Source: a virus (Duplodnaviria; Caudoviricetes). From it: 64,000 nucleotides of DNA. Below are positions 1-9,077 of this stretch, one piece after another (position 1 is the first letter of the stretch; the number at the start of each line of letters is the position of its first letter). Below the pieces are notes generated by a model that worked only from the letters and a program-made list of their open reading frames with translations, was not told the origin of the DNA and made no database searches. A program made the position numbers and the translations under genes. The stretch is taken from positions 1 through 64,000 of IMG/VR virus record IMGVR_UViG_3300037440_000558, one strand, 5' to 3'.

Positions 1-160
1 TCGGCTGGCAACCCGGCCCCCGACCCGACGAACACACTCCCATCATCGCCGAAGAAGGCACCGCCGGACCCTGGTACTGCGACGACCACCCCGACAACGC
101 CGTCGCCACCTTCCACACCCAACCCCGCCACCCCGACTGCCCCACCTGCCCCCAAAACCA

Positions 161-889
161 ATGATCGAACACACGTGCGACTGTAGCACTCCGTGGGACC
201 CGAGCACCCCACCGACAATGCTGCTTGTCGACAAGAAAAACCACCCACCACACCAAACCTGGCAACTCCCATATCACGGCTACCGCGCCCAAGCCGACAA
301 CACCCTCACCCGACACGGCTACCAACCACCCACCAACTGGGAACCCACCACCCACACCTGGAACCCCAACCCCGACCAACCAGGACCCAAAAACCGACCC
401 GCCCTGACCACCCAACTCCGACCCCAAGACACCCAACAACCCACCACCGCCATCATCGACACTCCCAACTACACCGGACCCACCGGCCACCACTGCCCCG
501 ACTGCCACGCCAACTTCGCTGACCAACAGACCGCCCAAACCCACAAACCCACCTGGCGCCACCAGTGCCGCCACCCCAGCTCGATCCGTAATATCCTCAC
601 CGGCCAACCGCTGCTCCGGTACGACGGAGCGGTGTGGCACTACAACCGTGACAGTTGCTGGCCCAACGGCCACCCCGACCCCGGCCCCCTCCTACTCGGC
701 GAGACCCTCCGCGCCACACCACCTGAACAACGCCGCGTCTACTGGCGCTACGGCGTCCGCTGCTACGGTTGGTGGGTCGCCAAAGCCGTCGACTTCGGTA
801 TCGCCGTCGGTGACGACTGGTACGCCTGCAACACCTGCCCCGGCCGCGGAGACGGCCACTGCGAACGGAAGGGAGCTCTACGACCATGA
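161..889 (+). CDS. hypothetical protein (Cys/His-rich, Zn-finger-like)
   Basis: 242-aa ORF with HCPDCH and CNTCPG motifs; overlaps the next gene start at 886. Confidence 0.55.
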   Translation: MIEHTCDCSTPWDPSTPPTMLLVDKKNHPPHQTWQLPYHGYRAQADNTLTRHGYQPPTNWEPTTHTWNPNPDQPGPKNRPALTTQLRPQDTQQPTTAIIDTPNYTGPTGHHCPDCHANFADQQTAQTHKPTWRHQCRHPSSIRNILTGQPLLRYDGAVWHYNRDSCWPNGHPDPGPLLLGETLRATPPEQRRVYWRYGVRCYGWWVAKAVDFGIAVGDDWYACNTCPGRGDGHCERKGALRP

Positions 890-1371
890 CCGACTACACC
901 GCCCATCTCGCCGCTGCCCGCACCCCGCTGCTGACCGGCTGCGGCCAGCCGTGGCAGCAATGGCAAGCCCCCGCCGGAGCACCCGACACTGTCCCACCGT
1001 CCACTGCCCCGCGGCCACACCGCGACGAGGTCCGGTCATGTGGCGCCTGCCAGAGGAGAGCCATCCCGGTGGCCCAGCCCCGGACTTGGTACCTGCTCGT
1101 CTGCTGGGGATGCGACCCCGAGGGTAAGACCCCGATGCCGTTCGAGACTCCCGCTGCTCGCGGCAAATGGGCAGATAGGCACCGCGACAGCACCGGCCAC
1201 GACCGGTGGTGGTGCCCCGATATCACCGAACCGCTGCCCGACCCGACCCACGGGCGGATTGACCCCGACATCCAAGCCGAGGTCAATGAGATGAACCCCC
1301 GCGACGTCGGCCAACGAGTCGCGCTCGAGAACACCCTCCAAGAGCAACGAGACCGCTGGAGCCGGCCATGA
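886..1371 (+). CDS. hypothetical protein
   Basis: ATGA coupling to both neighbours; CGACQ and CWGC motifs. Confidence 0.55.
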   Translation: MTDYTAHLAAARTPLLTGCGQPWQQWQAPAGAPDTVPPSTAPRPHRDEVRSCGACQRRAIPVAQPRTWYLLVCWGCDPEGKTPMPFETPAARGKWADRHRDSTGHDRWWCPDITEPLPDPTHGRIDPDIQAEVNEMNPRDVGQRVALENTLQEQRDRWSRP

Positions 1372-1601
1372 CCATGCCCGCCCAAAACCCATACAATGAG
1401 ACATTCCAGGCTGCCCTGACCCGGGAACATGTCGCCCAGGAGGACGCTCGAACCAGCCAGGTTGTCGTCGCTGTGATGTTGGCAGCTGGCATCCAGGAAA
1501 TGGTAGTCACCGAGAAGAACAAACTAGACGCATCGGAACACCGACTGGTCTTGCGCGACCTGGGCGACGGAGCGGTAAAGATCGAGGTCCGACCACGATG
1601 A
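1368..1601 (+). CDS. hypothetical protein
   Basis: ATGA-coupled gene chain. Confidence 0.6.
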   Translation: MTMPAQNPYNETFQAALTREHVAQEDARTSQVVVAVMLAAGIQEMVVTEKNKLDASEHRLVLRDLGDGAVKIEVRPR

Positions 1602-1795
1602 TCTACCACCGCAGCAAACCAGGCGACGGGCTGTTCCTGGTCGTCTGCGGGCTGGGTTGGCCCGGCGCACCCGAACGCAACGACTACTACGAACATCTGG
1701 TCGCCACCGGCGAAGCCACCTGCGGCGGCCAACGACCGAACACCGTCAAACGGTGCACCTGCAAGAAACTACCCGAGAGGAGCAAACCCGAATGA
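1598..1795 (+). CDS. hypothetical protein
   Basis: ATGA-coupled gene chain. Confidence 0.5.
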   Translation: MIYHRSKPGDGLFLVVCGLGWPGAPERNDYYEHLVATGEATCGGQRPNTVKRCTCKKLPERSKPE

Positions 1796-2034
1796 CCGCC
1801 ACACACCGTAAGATGCGAGACCCCAACCAACACGACTGCCCCGGCGGCTGCGGTAACCGCGTCCCACACCACCTGTTCGCCTGCCGCCGCTGCTGGGGTC
1901 GGCTTCCAACCAGCCTGCGGGTGCCGATCAACGAGACACATCTGCGTGCTGTCGTCGGCCACCGCCAGGCGATGGCAAATGCGCTCGAATGGTACCGGAA
2001 ACACCCGGTCCGGGATACCGGTGGTTTGGGATGA
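1792..2034 (+). CDS. small Cys-rich hypothetical protein
   Basis: GAGAGGAG upstream of ATG 1792; CPGGC...CRRCW motif typical of actinophage small proteins. Confidence 0.6.
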   Translation: MTATHRKMRDPNQHDCPGGCGNRVPHHLFACRRCWGRLPTSLRVPINETHLRAVVGHRQAMANALEWYRKHPVRDTGGLG

Positions 2035-2405
2035 ACAGACACGGGAATGTCTCGACGACCTACTCCGGAGCCACACGGACGCCACGGAAGCTGCGAGAGG
2101 CTATCGGGATACCCCCCTGGCAGCTTGATGGCAGCAAGAATGTCCCGGGACCGACCCACAGCCACGGGCGGTGTCGGAGCTGTGACGCCCCGATCATCTG
2201 GGCTGTGACCCCCGCCGGGCGGCCCATGCCCGTCAACTCCGAACCCGTCCCTTATCGTGGCAATATCCGGCTTGAGGTGCAGCCCGACGGCCGACCGCCG
2301 TTGGCGTGTGCCATCCCGGTGATGTATTGTTTCGGTCGCCGCGACCTGTACTTGTCTCACTTCGTCGACTGTCCAGAGGCGGACAAATGGCGACACAAAC
2401 GGTGA
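2031..2405 (+). CDS. hypothetical protein (Zn-binding)
   Basis: ATG 2031 overlaps the upstream stop; CRSCDAPIIWAVT...SHFVDCP phage motif. Confidence 0.6.
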   Translation: MNRHGNVSTTYSGATRTPRKLREAIGIPPWQLDGSKNVPGPTHSHGRCRSCDAPIIWAVTPAGRPMPVNSEPVPYRGNIRLEVQPDGRPPLACAIPVMYCFGRRDLYLSHFVDCPEADKWRHKR

Positions 2406-2575
2406 CTATCCAGCTCGGGCTGCGGTGCCCGGTCTGCCCGGAGGTGGTGAACGTACCAGTGAAGATCTCGATCATCGACGGGACGACACTCGAGTTCGAC
2501 CCCGACGTAGCCGACCTGTGGGTACACGCCTGGACACACACAGACCCGCCACCACCAGAGAAGAGCACTCCGTGA
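2387..2575 (+). CDS. hypothetical protein
   Basis: CPVC motif; GAGG upstream of ATG 2387. Confidence 0.5.
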   Translation: MATQTVTIQLGLRCPVCPEVVNVPVKISIIDGTTLEFDPDVADLWVHAWTHTDPPPPEKSTP

Positions 2576-2835
2576 ACGCTGAGCCCACACAGCCGCCCAC
2601 ACAGGAGCTCCAAGACTTCCTCAACTTGATCAACCAGCGGGTCAGCCAAATCACCGACGAGTATATCGAGACGAGACTTCGGCGGGCGCTTAAACAACGC
2701 CAGTTCCAATGCTGCCGCTGTGGGAAATACAACTCCGATGCTTTCACATTCGGCTACGGGAAAGGCCACACTGTCTGCTTGCACCACATCCCATGGTGGG
2801 TCCGGTTCCGGATGCGGCTCTGGCCGGTCGACTGA
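2572..2835 (+). CDS. hypothetical protein
   Basis: GTGA coupling. Confidence 0.5.
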   Translation: MNAEPTQPPTQELQDFLNLINQRVSQITDEYIETRLRRALKQRQFQCCRCGKYNSDAFTFGYGKGHTVCLHHIPWWVRFRMRLWPVD

Positions 2836-3020
2836 TGCCTGCCGCTGCCGGCGACTGCCCGACCCCGGTCGAGCTGCACGCTGCGAACCGGCGCGGTCCA
2901 GTCGTCGTGTGGTGCGGTTGTGGTGAATGCCCGGAACCCGACCTGACCCCGGAGGAATATCGCCGGCTGGTGGACAATGCACTGTTCGAGCCACCGGAAT
3001 ACCAGGATCGGTTGTGGTAG
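2835..3020 (+). CDS. hypothetical protein
   Basis: TGATG coupling. Confidence 0.4.
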   Translation: MPAAAGDCPTPVELHAANRRGPVVVWCGCGECPEPDLTPEEYRRLVDNALFEPPEYQDRLW

Positions 3021-3241
3021 ATCTCCATGTCTATTTCCGGACGTACTGCTACGGCTGCCGCCGCGGTGCCCGGTGGCATGGCCGGTGCCTGTGGCCACGC
3101 CACCGGTGGGATTGGGAGTACTACATCATGGCGGATGGCCGGCGGTTGGTGCAGCGGCAGTCGTTCGCTTCGTGGGATCGGGCGTGGCGGTCGGCGCAAC
3201 GATCGTGGGCGAAGTTGGCGGTCGCGTTGCGTGAGGTATAA
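3014..3241 (+). CDS. hypothetical protein (Trp/Arg-rich)
   Basis: GTG 3014 in the gene chain. Confidence 0.4.
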   Translation: MVDLHVYFRTYCYGCRRGARWHGRCLWPRHRWDWEYYIMADGRRLVQRQSFASWDRAWRSAQRSWAKLAVALREV

Positions 3242-3266
3242 CAGGGATATCGAGCTGACAAGGGGA

Positions 3267-3296
3267 TTGCCAATTGATACGGGTGCGTGGTAAGGT
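3267..3296 (+). promoter_or_regulatory. putative sigma70-type promoter
   Basis: TTGCCA-N18-TAAGGT in the intergenic gap before 3379. Confidence 0.35.
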
Positions 3297-3378
3297 GGAG
3301 GCTTGACCCCGGAGGTTTGGACCGAGATAGGAGCTAGGCCCCCATGGACCAACCCAACCCCCGACCCCAGGAGAGAGC

Positions 3379-4062
3379 ATGGACTACACGACCGTAAAAC
3401 ATGACCCGTTCGCCGTACCCGTCCTCGCCGCACCCACCCCCGTGTACCGCCGGCCCACTGCCAGCCAGTCGCGGCGCCGTATGCTGGCACGACGGATACG
3501 GCAGATCGAACAGGAACTCGCCGCGCTCGACCAGTTCCCCGACCAGGACCCCCATGAGGACGGGACGATCCTGCGGGTCGTCACCAGCGAGACCGCTGCG
3601 ACACACGCGTACACCTACATCGCCACCCGAATCAACGGCCTGTGGTACACCACCGGCCGCACCGGACCGTACAAGGCCAGTTGGGCGAAGCTCGTCGAGT
3701 GGCTGGTCAGCCGGGCCGAGACGGTCGAGCAGGTCTACCCGCGGCCGTCGTCGGAGGGTGTCGAGTGGATCGAGCCGGTTGTCCGCCGGCACTTCGAGAT
3801 GCGCACCGAAGACGCCGGCTTGGCGTTCCGGCTGATCAGTGACCTCAAGAGCGCTGCACCGTCCGGGCCGGAACATCCGGGGTTGGATTGGGTCGACTCG
3901 ACGGTCGACCGTTGGTTCAGCAAGTGGGGCCAGGATGAACACCCGGTCGGCCTTAGCGCTTTGTCTGACCTGGTCGCGATGTTGCGGCGGGCTGCGCCGT
4001 GGGCCAACCCAGAGGAGCTACACGGGCAGCTGGGCGACATACCACAGGAAGGACCCTCCTAG
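3379..4062 (+). CDS. hypothetical protein
   Basis: 227-aa ORF with strong SD (CAGGAGAGAG). Confidence 0.7.
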   Translation: MDYTTVKHDPFAVPVLAAPTPVYRRPTASQSRRRMLARRIRQIEQELAALDQFPDQDPHEDGTILRVVTSETAATHAYTYIATRINGLWYTTGRTGPYKASWAKLVEWLVSRAETVEQVYPRPSSEGVEWIEPVVRRHFEMRTEDAGLAFRLISDLKSAAPSGPEHPGLDWVDSTVDRWFSKWGQDEHPVGLSALSDLVAMLRRAAPWANPEELHGQLGDIPQEGPS

Positions 4063-4070
4063 AGACGCAC

Positions 4071-4101
4071 CACCGGGGGCGGTGTCACACCGCCCCCGGT
4101 G
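4071..4101. other. perfect 14-bp hairpin
   Basis: CACCGGGGGCGGTG-tca-CACCGCCCCCGGTG. Confidence 0.85.
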
Positions 4102-4104
4102 CCC

Positions 4105-4222
4105 GGGCTGGTATGCCAAGAGGAGAGCAGACCACTGGAGGAGACCGCCGTGGCGCGAAAGCCAACGCGGGTACACGTCCACACTCCTGGTTGTCGTCCG
4201 GGTTCGACTCCCGGCCGGCCCA
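4105..4222 (+). ncRNA. tRNA-like RNA with expanded anticodon arm
   Basis: Acceptor GGGCTGG(4105)/CCGGCCC(4215-4221)+A; U8, D-loop GG; T-arm CCGGG-TTCGACT-CCCGG; about 46 extra nt in the anticodon loop. Confidence 0.65.
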
Positions 4223-4223
4223 C

Positions 4224-4454
4224 ATGAACCAACAGCTAGTTAAATGGTTGTTGCGGAGACTTGCCGACGGTGAGATCGTCGGGCTGTCCCTCACTGACGA
4301 GGAGCGGCGTATCCTTGCTGCCCGAGCTAGGGTCGAAGCTGCCAACGAGACCGACTCCCGTTATTGGCATCTAGACCTGGCCGAACGGCAACGTCGCCAC
4401 GCTCGGTGGTGGCAGATCGCTGACACCCTACACTCCAACCCCTACCAGGAGTAG
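4224..4454 (+). CDS. hypothetical protein
   Basis: ATG directly after the tRNA-like element. Confidence 0.5.
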   Translation: MNQQLVKWLLRRLADGEIVGLSLTDEERRILAARARVEAANETDSRYWHLDLAERQRRHARWWQIADTLHSNPYQE

Positions 4455-4456
4455 CT

Positions 4457-4849
4457 GTGGATACCACTGCAGGCACTAAGACCTTCGGCATCATCGCTAT
4501 GCTGATCATCGCCGCCGTGACCGGTAGCTACATCATCTTCCAGTCGCCCACCGGCGACGACCAGCGTAGCGACCACATCCCTGTCGAATTCTCCGCCCAC
4601 TGGGAACCCGGCGATAACCGGGTCCAGTTCTTCTGGCTGGTCGGGGTCCGAGGTGAAGCCCCGGTAGTCACCGGCCCGAGTTACACTTACAAAGACGTTG
4701 CTCCCCGGGGAGTCAGGGTGGAGCTGCTGGTGATCCCTGAGCTGCCGATGGACCGGTTGACCTGCCGGATCAGCGTCGGGGACCAGCCGCCGGTGTCCGA
4801 TGAAGTGTCCGGTGTGGCACCCTGCCAGGTGGTGGTGACCACCCTGTGA
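4457..4849 (+). CDS. membrane-anchored hypothetical protein
   Basis: N-terminal hydrophobic helix FGIIAMLIIAAVTGSYIIF. Confidence 0.6.
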   Translation: MDTTAGTKTFGIIAMLIIAAVTGSYIIFQSPTGDDQRSDHIPVEFSAHWEPGDNRVQFFWLVGVRGEAPVVTGPSYTYKDVAPRGVRVELLVIPELPMDRLTCRISVGDQPPVSDEVSGVAPCQVVVTTL

Positions 4850-5478
4850 CACTAACCCCAGAATGGCAGGCCCGACTGCACCAGCAACACCCTGACGTCG
4901 AGCAGTGGGAAGACCTTGGCCGGGGGTTGTACCGCGGCGACCGTGGGCAACTGCTGGTCTACGTGTTGATCTTGCCTGACCGGCGGGTCCTGAAGACCCG
5001 CCCAATCCCGGTGGCGTCGACCACCAGTACCGAACCACCCGGCCTGCTGGACGACTCGGAGCTGATCCGCGGTGGGGTGGCCTCGATGGCAGTTTCGTTC
5101 GACTTGGACGAACCCGAGACCGAACAGTGTATCCGGACAGAACTCACCCGGGGAATCGAACACCAGAACCTGCCCGGATGTGTCGTCCCCGCTTGTGAGA
5201 AGAAGGCCACGGTTCGGTTCAAAGCTGCTGAGGCGGGCCGGCTCGCCGGCCGGGACTGGGTGTACGGTGACCCGATCCTGGTCTGCACGGCCCATTCCCA
5301 CGATATCTATCAGGCGCAGGGTGTGTACGGGTTGGACCAGCTCGTGGAATGGCTCCGTCTAGACGCTAGGCTGGACGCGTTTGACCTGTTCGACGCGGCC
5401 ACCGACCTGCTGTATGGGCGGCAGATCGCCCACGACCGCGCCAGGATGTTGCACCTGGTTAGAGAGGAGCCGACGTGA
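4846..5478 (+). CDS. hypothetical protein
   Basis: GTGA coupling, 210 aa. Confidence 0.6.
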   Translation: MTLTPEWQARLHQQHPDVEQWEDLGRGLYRGDRGQLLVYVLILPDRRVLKTRPIPVASTTSTEPPGLLDDSELIRGGVASMAVSFDLDEPETEQCIRTELTRGIEHQNLPGCVVPACEKKATVRFKAAEAGRLAGRDWVYGDPILVCTAHSHDIYQAQGVYGLDQLVEWLRLDARLDAFDLFDAATDLLYGRQIAHDRARMLHLVREEPT

Positions 5479-5792
5479 GCATCGTCGTTGAGCGGGTCCA
5501 AGCTGGCGCGGCCTGGTTGGAAGAGCACGAACCCGGGTGGTTGCATTGGATCGACCGGGACCGGCTGGACCTTGCAAACTGCGCCCGGTGCATCGGTGGA
5601 CAGCTGGCCGGGGTGTATTCGAGCTTCCTGTGGCGGCATGGCTTGACGCACGCCGATGCGATCTCGCTGGGATTCAGCCTGCCGGGCCTTGGCGGGGACT
5701 ACGGGCAGCTGACCGCCGCGTGGCGTGAGTTGATCGACACCCGCCGATCGTCTAAATCATCGAAGGTTAAGGAGGGGACCAATGAAGTATGA
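5475..5792 (+). CDS. conserved actinophage-type hypothetical protein
   Basis: GAAWLEEHEPGW...DL..CARCIGGQL motif; SD GAGGAG. Confidence 0.65.
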   Translation: MSIVVERVQAGAAWLEEHEPGWLHWIDRDRLDLANCARCIGGQLAGVYSSFLWRHGLTHADAISLGFSLPGLGGDYGQLTAAWRELIDTRRSSKSSKVKEGTNEV

Positions 5793-6057
5793 TCGAGACC
5801 GGATCAAACTGGTTGCCGACAAGTGTCGCGATTGCGCCAGGCAGGACCAGGAATATGCGCCCATTATGACTGCCATGGCGGAGCTGTTCCACGCCTATGC
5901 AGTGCTGCGGCCGTTGGATTCACATGGTCGGGACAGGTTGACCTCAGCGATCGACCGGCTGGTCGATCTGACCGAGGAAACGTTCGCTGATGAGCCGGCT
6001 GATGAGCCGGCTGATGAGCCGGCTGATGAGCCGGCTGATGAGGTTGGACCACAGTGA
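5782..6057 (+). CDS. hypothetical protein with ADEP repeats
   Basis: SD GGAGG; C-terminal tandem repeat. Confidence 0.6.
   Translation: MKYDRDRIKLVADKCRDCARQDQEYAPIMTAMAELFHAYAVLRPLDSHGRDRLTSAIDRLVDLTEETFADEPADEPADEPADEPADEVGPQ
5986..6042 (+). repeat. 12-bp tandem repeat GCTGATGAGCCG x4.75
   Basis: Read directly; encodes ADEP. Confidence 0.95.
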
Positions 6058-6209
6058 TCGCGGGGATTGCACCCGTAACCGACCGCGGTGTCCGGTCCTC
6101 CCACCACCGCAGAGTCCCGTTGTGGTTCGAGATCGTCGTGGCCGGGTTGGTGGCCGCCGGTGGGTTGGCTGCTATCGGGGTATTGGTCGCCCTGATCGTC
6201 GTGAGTTGA
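6054..6209 (+). CDS. small membrane protein (51 aa)
   Basis: GTGA-coupled; C-terminal hydrophobic stretch; below the ORF-track cutoff. Confidence 0.45.
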   Translation: MIAGIAPVTDRGVRSSHHRRVPLWFEIVVAGLVAAGGLAAIGVLVALIVVS

Positions 6210-6235
6210 CACAACCATTGCCAGCCTGTTAGGCT
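6206..6235 (+). promoter_or_regulatory. putative promoter for purB
   Basis: TTGACA-N18-TAGGCT; the -10 lies within the inverted repeat CCAGCCT-gtt-AGGCTGG. Confidence 0.45.
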
Positions 6236-6267
6236 GGGTTGGGTCCATGGGAGGAGAAACCCCGGAA

Positions 6268-7743
6268 ATGCACGACTCGAACGAACGCTGGGCATCCGCT
6301 GCCCTCCGCAATCTGTGGACCGACCGCGAGACCACCATCCAACGCCGCAGACTGTGGGTCGCCGTCCTCCGCGCTCAACTCAAGAACGGCATGATCGCCA
6401 CCGACCATGACCACGGCGATGCCCTGGCCGCCTACGAAGCTGTCATCGGCGCATATAACGCCGAACACATCCACGACAAAGAGCTCCAGACCGGCCACCA
6501 CCTCCAAGCCCACCTGATGGCATTCGAAGAACTCGCCGGTCTCAGCCGTCATGGCGGACAGTTCGGCCTACTCCACCGCGGCCTGACCTCCTGTGATATC
6601 GAAGACCTCGTCACCCAAGGGCAGATCCTCGCCAGCCTCGGGATCATCAACGAGCACTGGGCCGCCGCCACCGAACGGCTCACCAACCTCACCGACGCAC
6701 ACCGGACCACCCCCACCGCTGCCCGCACCCACGGACTCCCCGCCCAGCCATACACCGTCGGACGCCGGCTCGCCAACTACCTCGACCAGACCCTCTACAC
6801 CCATGGTCGGTTCGCCCAATTCCGCAGGTACTACCCCGTCCGGGTGTTAGGTGGCGCAGTCGGCACCCGCAGCGATCTCACTGGACTCGCACCCGACGAA
6901 GCAGCCATCGAGAAGCTGATCGACACCGCCCTGGTCGCGATGGGGCCAGCCACCAGCCACCACCCCGTCTCGGTTGCTACCGGACAGACATATCACCGGC
7001 TGCTCGACTTTGAACTTGCTGCCACCCTCACCCTGCTGACCACCCCCTACACCGGGCTGGCCGCTACCCTCCGCGCGATGGTCACACTCGGCCACGCCAC
7101 CGAACAACCCACCACCGACCAAGTCGGCAGCTCCGCGATGCCCCACAAACGGAACCCCCGATACCTCGAACGGATCGCCGCCCTACACAGCCTGCTCCGC
7201 GGCCACCTCACCACCCTCGCCAACAGCAGCACCGGGCAGCTGTTCGAAGGCGACGTCGCCGACTCCGCAGCTCGCCGGATCGCCATCCCCGGTGCGCTGA
7301 TGGCCGCCGACGGGATCCTCTGCGCAGTCATCACCGCGCTTGACCGGCTCCGGTTCAACGAGCGGGCCATCATAGATGACCACCATTATAACCTGCTGTT
7401 CATCTCCACCGGGTGGCTGCTGGCACAGGCCGTCCAGCACAACCCCGACGCTGACCGGCACGCACTGCACGGACGGATCAGACACCACGCCGCTGATGCT
7501 TTGGATATGGTCAACCGGAACCACCCGCGGTGGGCAATCACCGAGTATTTCGCCAAGGCGCTGAGAGCCGACCAGATGCTCGGGTTGACCGACGACGACC
7601 TGGTCGCCGCCCGACGCTCGCCACCGCTCGGGCAAGCCCACGAACAGACCAGCAGCGTCCTGTCCCATGCTCGGATACTGTTGGGCAGCTACCTCACCAA
7701 CACCCGCGGATGGACCCCCGAGAAGGAGAGAGAAACCCTATGA
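6268..7743 (+). CDS. purB: adenylosuccinate lyase (fumarase/ASL superfamily)
   Basis: Signature GSSAMPHKRNP, RTHGLPAQP, HRGLTSCDI, GAVGT; SD GGAGGAG before ATG 6268 (alternative start 6247). Confidence 0.9.
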   Translation: MHDSNERWASAALRNLWTDRETTIQRRRLWVAVLRAQLKNGMIATDHDHGDALAAYEAVIGAYNAEHIHDKELQTGHHLQAHLMAFEELAGLSRHGGQFGLLHRGLTSCDIEDLVTQGQILASLGIINEHWAAATERLTNLTDAHRTTPTAARTHGLPAQPYTVGRRLANYLDQTLYTHGRFAQFRRYYPVRVLGGAVGTRSDLTGLAPDEAAIEKLIDTALVAMGPATSHHPVSVATGQTYHRLLDFELAATLTLLTTPYTGLAATLRAMVTLGHATEQPTTDQVGSSAMPHKRNPRYLERIAALHSLLRGHLTTLANSSTGQLFEGDVADSAARRIAIPGALMAADGILCAVITALDRLRFNERAIIDDHHYNLLFISTGWLLAQAVQHNPDADRHALHGRIRHHAADALDMVNRNHPRWAITEYFAKALRADQMLGLTDDDLVAARRSPPLGQAHEQTSSVLSHARILLGSYLTNTRGWTPEKERETL

Positions 7744-8414
7744 CCGCCCACCTGACGCCCGATGTCGACGACCTCGCCGACGCCGCTGACTTGACTTGGC
7801 TCGGTCCGTCTGACCGACCCAACCTCGGGTTGGCTACTACCCGGCAGCTGCTCCAAGAGCTGATGGTGCGGTTCTACCCCGCAGTCTCACCTGACGGCGC
7901 TATCGCCGAACCGTACATCGACCTCGACTACTCCACCGTCGGCGGGGAACGCGGCATCCACCTCGAAGACAGCCCCCACGTCAACCACGCCATCCGCGAA
8001 CTCGACCTGTGTGGCCAGACCGCCGAAGACCCTGTTTACGTGGCCAGCCTCGTCCGGACCGTGAAAGAGTTCTTCTCCTATGGCCACTCCGGCGGGTCCG
8101 CTGAGACAGCGATCTGGCAACTCCACCAGCTGTTGCAGGGACACGCACTCAGTCCACTGACCGACGACCCAGCCGAATGGGTAGACCGTACCGAGATATC
8201 CGGCACGCCGTGGTGGCAGAACCGCCGCGACACCCGGGCAATGTCCCACGATCAGGGGAAGACGTTTTGGCTGGTCGACAACGACCCACACCCTGACAAC
8301 CCACAGCATGTGTATGCCCTTTTCGCCCCCGGCGGGGTGGAAGCATATTTACTCGAGGATCGCAAGTGGTGGTACCGCAGCCAACCGGCCGGAGATGGTA
8401 GGAACAGCACGTGA
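7740..8414 (+). CDS. hypothetical protein
   Basis: GHSGGSA...ALSPLTD..EW phage motif; ATGA coupling. Confidence 0.65.
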   Translation: MTAHLTPDVDDLADAADLTWLGPSDRPNLGLATTRQLLQELMVRFYPAVSPDGAIAEPYIDLDYSTVGGERGIHLEDSPHVNHAIRELDLCGQTAEDPVYVASLVRTVKEFFSYGHSGGSAETAIWQLHQLLQGHALSPLTDDPAEWVDRTEISGTPWWQNRRDTRAMSHDQGKTFWLVDNDPHPDNPQHVYALFAPGGVEAYLLEDRKWWYRSQPAGDGRNST

Positions 8415-8746
8415 CCAGAAACCTCCCGGGTTACCTCGCCTACGGCGACATTACCACCCATGACAGCGACCCGCAGGTCGCCCACCGCCCCCGCAAGGGC
8501 CGGCTCGCTCGCGGCCCCCGTCAAGACCGTCCTGCTGCGTGTCCGGCCGGCGACGACGCACCCGAACAGACAGGGCTCCGCACAGTCGAAGATGGTAACA
8601 AACACGGCCTGGCCGGCGGATTCTACCCGCCGCTGACCACCGGCTGGTCCGAACTCGGCGCAGCCCGCGCCATCCAGGTGCTTGATATGGCACCCTGCGG
8701 CGCCGAACAGTGTTTCCCCGAGATCTACCTAGATGGGATGCCATGA
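8411..8746 (+). CDS. hypothetical protein
   Basis: GTGA coupling. Confidence 0.45.
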   Translation: MTRNLPGYLAYGDITTHDSDPQVAHRPRKGRLARGPRQDRPAACPAGDDAPEQTGLRTVEDGNKHGLAGGFYPPLTTGWSELGAARAIQVLDMAPCGAEQCFPEIYLDGMP

Positions 8747-8868
8747 CCGCCGCCCCGGGACCCCCGAAACCCTCCCTACCTGCAGCCCAAGCTGTGGTCA
8801 TCATCGCCCTGGCTGTGGTGATCACCGTGTGTTTCCTCGGCACCCTCTGGATCACGAGGACCACCTGA
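8743..8868 (+). CDS. small membrane protein (41 aa)
   Basis: ATGA coupling; one hydrophobic helix. Confidence 0.4.
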   Translation: MTAAPGPPKPSLPAAQAVVIIALAVVITVCFLGTLWITRTT

Positions 8869-9077
8869 TGGACTCCGCCGCCGGGAGGAGAATCCTCATC
8901 TATGGGATATCCTCCGCCTGTGCCGGCGCGTTGTACGTCATAGTTGTGCTCATCTTGCTGGTGTTCGTTGGCATTTTAGCGGCTACTGTGTTCGCCATCT
9001 GCGGCGCAGCCAGTGTCGCGGTGCTGGTGTTGCATTTCGGTGACGAAGTAATCCAACATAGCGACCGAGGGGAGTAA
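8868..9077 (+). CDS. membrane protein (2 TM)
   Basis: TGATG coupling; long hydrophobic stretches. Confidence 0.5.
   Translation: MDSAAGRRILIYGISSACAGALYVIVVLILLVFVGILAATVFAICGAASVAVLVLHFGDEVIQHSDRGE

Noticed and set aside
4105-4224. tmRNA or standard tRNA-Ser call
   Set aside because: Too short for tmRNA, with no G3.U70 pair or tag ORF; too long for a tRNA, with no canonical anticodon loop or long variable arm. Kept only as tRNA-like.
5986-6042. CRISPR-like reading of the tandem repeats (also 33182-33265 and 55301-55735)
   Set aside because: The first two are spacerless in-frame coding repeats; the third has two near-identical copies flanking a gene; no cas genes.
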